Positions 55,820 through 64,000 of a DNA stretch of 64,000 nucleotides are shown here, one piece after another (the stretch's first letter is position 1; each line of letters starts with the position of its first letter). Both the position numbers and the translations under genes were made by a program. Under the pieces are notes generated by a model. It was given only the letters and a program-made list of their open reading frames with translations, made no database searches and was not told the origin of the DNA. The DNA is taken from positions 84,320,001 to 84,384,000 of the forward strand of contig OX597820.1 in assembly GCA_951406725.2 (NCBI GenBank). The letters run 5' to 3'. Source of the stretch: Octopus vulgaris (Eukaryota).

Positions 55820-56292
55820 CGGTTTCAAATTCTGCACAAGGCCAGCAATTTCGTGGAACTGGATTCAGTCGATTACATCGCCCCCAGTGCTCAACATATA
55901 CTTATTTTATCGAGTCCGAATGGATAAACGGCAAGGGCGGTCCCAACGGAATTTGAACTCACAACGTAAGGACTGGAAAAATACCCGAAGACATTTTGCT
56001 TGGCGTGCTAAAACTTTTTGCAGTAGGAGCAACATATTTCTAACATATTCCACAGATGTCACACAACATGATATAACATTATACTATCAGCCGAAATACT
56101 GATTTCAGCACAGGACCATCAATTTCGGGAAAGGAGTTAAATTGGGTATATCGACCGCAGTCTTCAACTGTTACAGTCTTGCGAACATGAATGGATGAAA
56201 GGCAAAGTAGACTTCGGTAGAATTTGTACTCGGAATGTAAAGACGGACGAAATATCTTTGAACATTTTGCCAGCTCGCCGCCCTTATCAGCC
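55820..56292 (-). mobile_element. Two tandem SINE family B copies
   Basis: cacaaggccagcaattt...gtcgattacatcg...gaatttgaactc...ttttgccagctcgccgcc is the reverse complement of family B. Confidence 0.78.
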
Positions 56293-56648
56293 AATATATT
56301 ACATCCGAAATATTAAATGATAATTTTTTTCTTTCAGTGCTTTACCTATTCCAGATTCTGAAAAACTACCGCCCGCAAGGGCTGTTCAAATTATTCTATG
56401 TTGGATAACATAAGAACAGATTAAACATTTCTTCGAAAAACTAAATAACACTGCAATTTAGCAAGTAATTAAACATGCAGTTTAAGTGTAAGTTTCAGAT
56501 GGTAACTTGATATAGGTCATTTAGATCGCATTACTGTTTTTATTCCAATTAAAATAATATTATGCACCATGAAATTATTTATCTATTGTTCATTCTAAAA
56601 ATAAGAATAAGTTAGCTGTTCCGGTACTCAGAGTTTGCATAGAAAATT

Positions 56649-56717
<69 letters not shown>

Positions 56718-57422
56718 GAGAAGAGAGATTAACTTTGCAACTTTAAGTAATGATCTGTGAAAATTTCCTAGATAATATAAATATGAATTTTAGCTCAATT
56801 AAATAATATTGCATTTGCACTTCTTGGATAAATGATTAGCGATATTGACAGTTGTTGTGAAGGGAAATTTGTGAAATTTAAATTCATTAAAATGTAAGGG
56901 CAACATAGTTTGAAAACGGGTGTGTACATTCCCAATTGACACAAATATCCATTTCTTTTTATATACATATGAAAATATTATATACTGTCAACCCATTGGT
57001 ATTAGCGCTGTGCGTGAGGTAAGGTGCTATTGTTTTGCTGAGTCTCGATGATAGCATATTGCTTTTAAGTACTAGTTGAAACCGAAAAATAAATATTGAT
57101 TTATTTAAAGACTCAGAATGAACGTTGGATAAAAGATCACTGGAAATGTTAGTAATGATGACTATCACATTACAATTAAAATCGTGACTAAAGGGAATTT
57201 GCTTGAACTTTCCATCGAAACTGCGTGTTAAGATCAGATTAAGGAATTAGGAATAAAATACATTCATGCTATTTTAATACTGAATAAATTAATAGTTTGT
57301 TTATTTTTTAATGAAAGTATGATACATTTTAAAGTCGCAATTTATTAAAATATGATGCAGCTAATTTTATTTTAATTTTGATGGAATTATTTTTAACATA
57401 CAGAGTTTTATAAATTGATAAA

Positions 57423-57464
<42 letters not shown>

Positions 57465-57774
57465 TCACACACAAGGACGAAAATATAGCAGCATGTTCAC
57501 TTATTTTGATAGACGCAGAATAATTACATTGGAGATGCAGAAACAAAAAACTAAACGTTAAATGAATTTATTGAGTTGCAGGAATCATTTGTGAGGCACA
57601 TGTGAATATGATGTGTTTATTTTTATCAGAAAAAAATGCCCTTTTTCTTTAATTGCGATACAAGCTGTCTCGTGTCAATTTTATATTTCATCTTCATCAC
57701 GAAGCCAATATTAGCAACTGTTAAAATATACTTAACTTGTAAGCAAGTTTTTATAATCATTTCAATTAAAAGCA

Positions 57775-58202
57775 GATAGCAAGAAATTCAGAGGTGAGTG
57801 GTACTAACCGATTACAGCACATTAGTGCTCAAATAGTACTTATTTCATCGACCCCGACAAAATGAAAGGCAAAGTCATGTCCGGCAGATTTTGAACTCAG
57901 AATTGAAAAATGAACGAAATGTCGCTAAACATTTTGTCTGGCGTGTTAAGGTTTCTGCCAGCACACTGCCTTAAATTTTTATATAATTGTTTTAAATGTT
58001 AGCACAAGACCAGTATTTTCTAGGAGGGAGTATGTATTTGTAATCGACCGTATTGCTAGGCTGGTAATTTTTTTATTGACTCCCGAAAGAATGTAAGATA
58101 AATTCGATCTCGTTAGAACAGGAATTCAAAACGTGGACCTGTATGAAATGCCGCCACCTATTTTCGTCGGCGTGGTAAGAATTCTGCCTTGGCGCCGCCT
58201 TA
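57775..58202 (-). mobile_element. Two tandem SINE family B copies
   Basis: atcgaccccgacaaaatgaaaggcaaagtc...tttgaactcagaa...tctgccagc; second copy at 57998-58202. Confidence 0.75.
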
Positions 58203-58949
58203 AATCTTTTTATAGTGAATTCCACTTTTGCTTTTGTGAGAAATGGAATGTGAAATATAAGTGATGAAATATAATCCTGCAGGATTGCAATCTTAAAAAT
58301 TGTTAACCATTCTGACTGAATATGAAAAATCGAATTAAATGCAATTAGTCTAAACGTCGATTTATTACACTACTTTGATATAATTCTGAAGACTTTTCGC
58401 TATATAAATGGAGAAAAGTGAGTGTGCTATAATCCTTGATACCCTTCTTTTAGCAAAATTATCAGAAATGCTGGTGCGTGGATCTTCAAGTTTCCTCAAT
58501 AAATTACGCATAGAAACGAAGCGATGTTGCGTTCTTTAAGGCCGATATAAACGCATCAACATGCCAAATAATCACTTGAATAATATTGTCGTTTTGAGAT
58601 CTATAAAAATGTAGGTTCACTGTAAGTTTAGCATTACGTTAATCACAGGGTAATTTTATTTTCAGTCGCCCCCACCACCGCGGCAGTAAATATAAATGAA
58701 ATATGATAAAATTTTAACATTCAGGGTTTGTATATACACAAAAATATTGTGTTGTTTTTATAAATATATTTACATGTATATTCGGCTTGATTATGAAACA
58801 TATGTAAGACTGGCTCTGAATATAGCCGCTTCGCTACCATATGATTTTAACTTAATTTCTTTCTTTCATGGGGAATATCGTCATATATGAAATGGAACAA
58901 AATATTTACATTAGTTTTAATGATATTAAATTACATATTATTTCCATTA

Positions 58950-59893
58950 GACCGATATTTTTCCTCATCTTGTTTGTTGTTAACACAACGATTCGGCTGA
59001 TATACCCTCCAGGCTTCATCAGGTGACTTGAGGTAATTTCGCAACTGGGTTCTCATTCCTAAGGTATATTTCGATGTTACTATTATTATTATTATTGTTA
59101 TTTTTCAGGTCACTGCTTGGAATCGAACTCGGAATCGCAGTGAATTTTAGGGCTTATAAATCTAATATTTTGCTATCTTCCTTATTACCAGTTCCATTAT
59201 ACAACTCATATTTGCAGACGGTGTGCTTAGGGTGTTTTTATGTCTTAGCATATGTGCTGTATCTTAGTTTTCGTATTTTCCAGTGGTGTTCTCTGCCCAT
59301 AATTTTAACTTCATCCCACATATTGATGCGGCCCCCGCTTTCTCACACATGTTCAGCTATACCCGATTTATCAATATGGCCTCATTGATTCAGAGCTTTG
59401 AGATGTTCGTTTACCCTCATTTTGAGGGGATGTCATGTCTGGCCTGTGGGATAAAGTTAAAATAATAGACAGGGAGCAACACTAGGAAATACGGAAGCTA
59501 AAAGAAACAGCACATATGCTAGGACACATCAACCTCCTAAGCAGACCGAGCGCATATATGAGTAGCATATGGGAACCGGTATTAAGGAAGGATAGCAAAA
59601 TATTAGATTTATACACCCTAAAATTCACTCCGTAATTGCCCACGAGCATATGGCGTAGTGGTAAACCCAAGATTTCGAGTTCGATTTCAAGCAGTGACCT
59701 GAATACTACTACTAATAATGATAATGAATATAATAATATCGAAAAATACCTTAGGAATGTGAACACGGATTCAAAATTCTCCCAAGACACCTGACGAAGG
59801 CTAGAGCGTATATCAGCCAAATCGTTGTGTTAACAAACAATATGAAGACAAATATCCGTCGAATGAATATAATGTAAATAATATTATGTACAT
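58950..59893. mobile_element. Head-to-head inverted pair of truncated Penelope-like elements (GIY-YIG end, tRNA-like module, AAT tract, hammerhead)
   Basis: Minus arm: GQT*HPLKMRVNEHLK...KSGIAEHV...WDEVKIMGREHHWKIRKL. Plus arm: WDKVKIIDREQH*EIRKLKETAHM. Both end in the same HHR-bearing tail as 38950-39662. Confidence 0.85.
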
Positions 59894-60688
59894 ATATATA
59901 TATATATATGATAATATACGTATGTATATATATATGTGTATATTTATATATGTACATATGTACATCTATATATGTATATATACATGTAAATTTATTCCAT
60001 ACCTCCATATATATATACATATATATTTATGGTAGCGTGTCTATGAATTCATGTGTATGTGTGTATGCGTATATCGTACGTTGCATCCTTTTTTCTACTC
60101 ACACAAAAGAGTACATCTTCTCTAAGAGGGGCATCTAATGTCAGTACAAAATGTTTGTTGATGTCCTCTTATTGTAAATATAAACCTTAAGAAAATTACG
60201 TGAAATATATTAATCAAATAACATTCATTTATGAGGAAGCTGATCTAGTTCTCTATATATAAACTTAAGAGGAATGCAGTTTATATTTCTATTAGATGTC
60301 CATAAATATATTCCTTACGGCAGTAGCAGCTGCAATTTATACCGTTCGAAAAAAAAAAGTAAGAGATACGTTATTGTTTGTTCAAATCATACTCTGGCAT
60401 GTTATACTTAAACATCTACAAATTATTGTTTATTTCGAAAACAAAAGTATATTAAGTATTGAAATAAAATACAAGTTTTATGCGCACAAGTTGAATAATA
60501 TGTGTTTATATATTACTTATATGAATAAAGTGATAGAAAATATTGGAGATGAAGATAAATTTATAGAACATTATGAACATTTCTGCAATAAATTGGTCTG
60601 TATATATAATTTGAATTGCTTTTGCTTGCTTTTTACCTGCCAGGTTGAATTTCTGAAAGAAACCGCTTAATATTTATTATACAAACAA

Positions 60689-60727
<39 letters not shown>

Positions 60728-61111
60728 CACATAAATAAGTTCATACATACATACATATAAATATACGTACACTCACAACACACACATATATACATGCATA
60801 CGAACCTTCATTGAAGCTTAACAATGTATCCTTTATAGATGTTTAAATGTATGTATGAATGCACGTATATATACACCCATGCACACAGAATGTACAAGCA
60901 AACACACGGAAGAGCATGCAGGGAATTATATTCTTCGTTACCTGCTTTCCCTGAGTAGTCTGTGGTTTATCCAACTGCAATGGAGTTAATGAATTTTAAC
61001 AACGAAATGACAATAGTCATTTGATGCATTTTAAATGCAACTCCTGTAAACGTAATGATGAAATATATATGTATATTTACTCCGATACACACGCGTGCAC
61101 GCACGATCACA

Positions 61112-61164
<53 letters not shown>

Positions 61165-61816
61165 ACACACACGCACACATACACACACGCACACATACAC
61201 TCGGGCACATAAACACACGCGCGCACACTGAAAAACATCTATATAACCTTTGAATCTAGAAAATGGGAAACGCTAAGTTAAATTATTTCTGATAGTATAC
61301 AATAGTATACCGATAGTATGCAATATTTCAGTACCACTAAGACGTTTACATTTGTATTTCATAAAGTCTGGTATTTTAGACTGTTGCTCTACAGTTATTA
61401 CCCAACAGAATTCAAACCAGGTATTCACCGCAACTAGAAAATTGAGTAATGCATTAGCACTCGGCTGATATTCATTACTAGGTAAAGACACATGAAGAAT
61501 TTGACTCAGGGACTAAAAGCGGTACTCGTTCAGAAATGACAGGCGAATAAATGACAGCGTTGATATTTAGTATTATCTACAATATACTATATTTTACAAT
61601 ATGGAACTATGAATATTTTTGGAATTGGTTCATTTTGTTACAGCGTGACTGAAATTTTAATATAACCAGGGAAAAACATGCAGTAGTGCTCTCTTATTTT
61701 TTTAATTCATAACCTGTTCCTATTTTTGCCGGTGATAAATTCATTCTGTTGTGATATATGTGGTCATAGATTCACTCCGACAATGATGTATCAAGGAGTA
61801 TCTATATGCATTTATG

Positions 61817-61869
<53 letters not shown>

Positions 61870-63551
61870 ACAAACACACACACATACGAACAAACACAAG
61901 CACAAATGCACTCACAAACACACATACACACACAAAAACACACATACATGGACAAGACAGAAGTAAATAGACACCCTTATAATCGTTAGAATTTACTTAA
62001 ATCTGAAATTATACATGCAAATTATTTATTACGCTTCTGTCATAGAATTAATATGCAGGCATGAAACTTTAAAATTCCTCTTTTATCTAGAAAATTTTGT
62101 AATTTACTATTTAAAATTTTATGATATTGATTCTTTCGCATTTAGCGTACATAATTAATTCATAATTGTAAGTATTAACAAATGATAGACAACGCAATAT
62201 AGATGTATTGTTTTATACACTCACAGAAACACACACACACACATTTTTTTCGCGGAAAGATAAACAATCTTGCCCATAAAGCAAGCCTGTTTCTTTCTCA
62301 ATGACAGGTACGCTGAGTTATTGTCCATCGACCAGGAAAAAAACGATGGCATAAACTAGTAGATGAACACTAAATTTAAGTACATTAGGTCATCTTTTAC
62401 AGAGAGTAAAAGTGACTTTGACAGCTAATTAAACTCCTGAAATGTTGTATCAAACTTACCAGGTTATCATGAATTTCAAAGTAAATAAACTAATCTACAC
62501 AATAGGTGTAAATATTAATGTATCTGCATATGAATGTTTGACTGTAAAGAATGGTGTACACGATTGTTTTGATGGCATACTTAATCCAACATAAAGATGA
62601 GTGCCTCATGCCGTGACCACACCACCAACATGAGATTCATGGATGTATTACGGTCATCATTTACAGAGCTGTTGAAGGTATTATCTAATTTACTGCCTAT
62701 TTTGTCGATCCACAAGCTCCGTCAAATATGATATTTTGAAACTTTCGCACACCAAGAGAAGATGAAGTCAACTCAATTAGGTTGCTGATATTGGCAAGGA
62801 TATATAACATCGAAATGAGGAACAGTCACAAATCCAGATATCGGTTATGACACTTTTTTTCTGGATTGCATTAAACAAATGATGACAAGCATTATGAACA
62901 ACGTGAGCAAGTATGTACCTTGCGTTGCAACATGTTATTGCAAAAGTAATATGCAGTAATACTTGTAGAAATTACTTCCCAGTGATAAATGTACAGAATA
63001 ACTGTTATTGAATATACTATATAAATATCAACACTAGAGATATTGGTGTAACATTACTTAAAAAGCGCGTCGAGTACAAACATAGCAGTTCTGATTAAGT
63101 TATATTGGAAAGACAATAATAAAAATAGAACCTCTATAGTCAATGAAGTAAGGTACTCTGCCATTGTGCACATATTTTGAAAATCACCGAGGATTACAAC
63201 GCATGGTTAACTGCCTTCAAACCTGCTGGTTTTCTACTCTAAAAATGAACCAGTATATATGCGGATAAATACTGCAAAACGGGCTTATTTTTAGAAAGGC
63301 TTTAATGATAAGAAGAAAGAATTGTCTCCAGAGGAACAGATGACGTATGCAAGAGTATTTTAATGCCAACCTGAGGGAAGAATTCTAATACAAACACATA
63401 CATAGATATGTACAACCATACATAAATACACATAAACAAACACACGCACAAACATGCATCACACACATATACGTATATATATATATACATACATATATAT
63501 ATATATATATATATGTACGTATGTATATAATGATATGTATATATGTATATC

Positions 63552-63575
63552 GATCTATCTATCTATCTATCTATA

Positions 63576-63654
<79 letters not shown>

Positions 63655-63676
63655 ATATATATATATATATATATAT
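63552..63676. repeat. (TATC)n + (TA)n microsatellite
   Basis: Directly visible. Confidence 0.95.
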
Positions 63677-63940
63677 AGAAAATGCTACAATAATTTTATA
63701 AAAACATTTCCGTACCGGTTTCAGTCATTGAGACCTTTTCAACTGTAAAAATTAAATAATTAAATTTAGAAAAATTAAAAGAAAAGTTTTTTTTTTAAGA
63801 ATATTTCTATAGTGTTCAAAGTACTCTTGTGGGTTCGAGGTCCTTGTGAATTCTTGGTAGTGGCATTTTCCTTCTTTCTGCCTGTCTCTGTCTCTCTAGT
63901 TTACTCTTGTGGGTTCAAGGTCCTTGTGAATTCTTGGTAG
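63677..63940 (-). mobile_element. Second copy of the U3-A8 hammerhead element, with a 39-bp internal direct repeat
   Basis: Minus 63708-63748 reads ttacag-TTGAAAA-ggtc-tcaat-gact-GAAA-ccgg-TA-cggaa. 63822-63860 equals 63902-63940 with 1 mismatch. Confidence 0.75.
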
Positions 63941-64000
63941 GGAAGAAGGAGAAGAAAAAGAAGAAGGAGGGGAGGAGAAGGGGAAGAGGAGGAATAATTT

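Noticed and set aside
60296-60670. 124-aa ORF
   Set aside because: AT-rich, no motif or homology recognised; probably chance.

Overview
Very AT-rich eukaryotic genomic DNA, saturated with microsatellites. The repeat landscape (tRNA-derived SINEs, long (TA)n/(TACA)n tracts, Penelope-like elements, R4/Dong LINEs) resembles a coleoid cephalopod such as Octopus; this is inference only. One intact host gene is evident: a single-coding-exon GT31 beta-1,3-galactosyltransferase-like ORF (32500-33735, +). The rest is decayed mobile DNA: a Neptune-type Penelope-like element (PLE), R4/Dong and CR1 LINE fragments, mariner/Tc1/maT and probable piggyBac fossils, nested non-autonomous Helitrons and two abundant SINE families. 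Most ORFs in the six-frame track are microsatellite artefacts. The most interesting layer is non-coding. (1) At least four distinct families of minimal type-I hammerhead-ribozyme (HHR) cassettes, most next to (TA)n tracts, including an intact core at 25541-25636 and a U3-A8 variant present twice. (2) Two head-to-head fold-back elements built of [PLE end]-tRNA-like Pol III module-(AAT)n-HHR (38950-39660, 58950-59890). (3) An unclassified structured-RNA-like motif with compensatory changes (13523-13650 and 25823-26178), one copy with a perfect 48-bp snap-back hairpin. (4) A same-strand array of ORF1/gag-only (HAL1-like) retroelements at 14085-20950. All structures were read by eye; no searches or folding programs were run.
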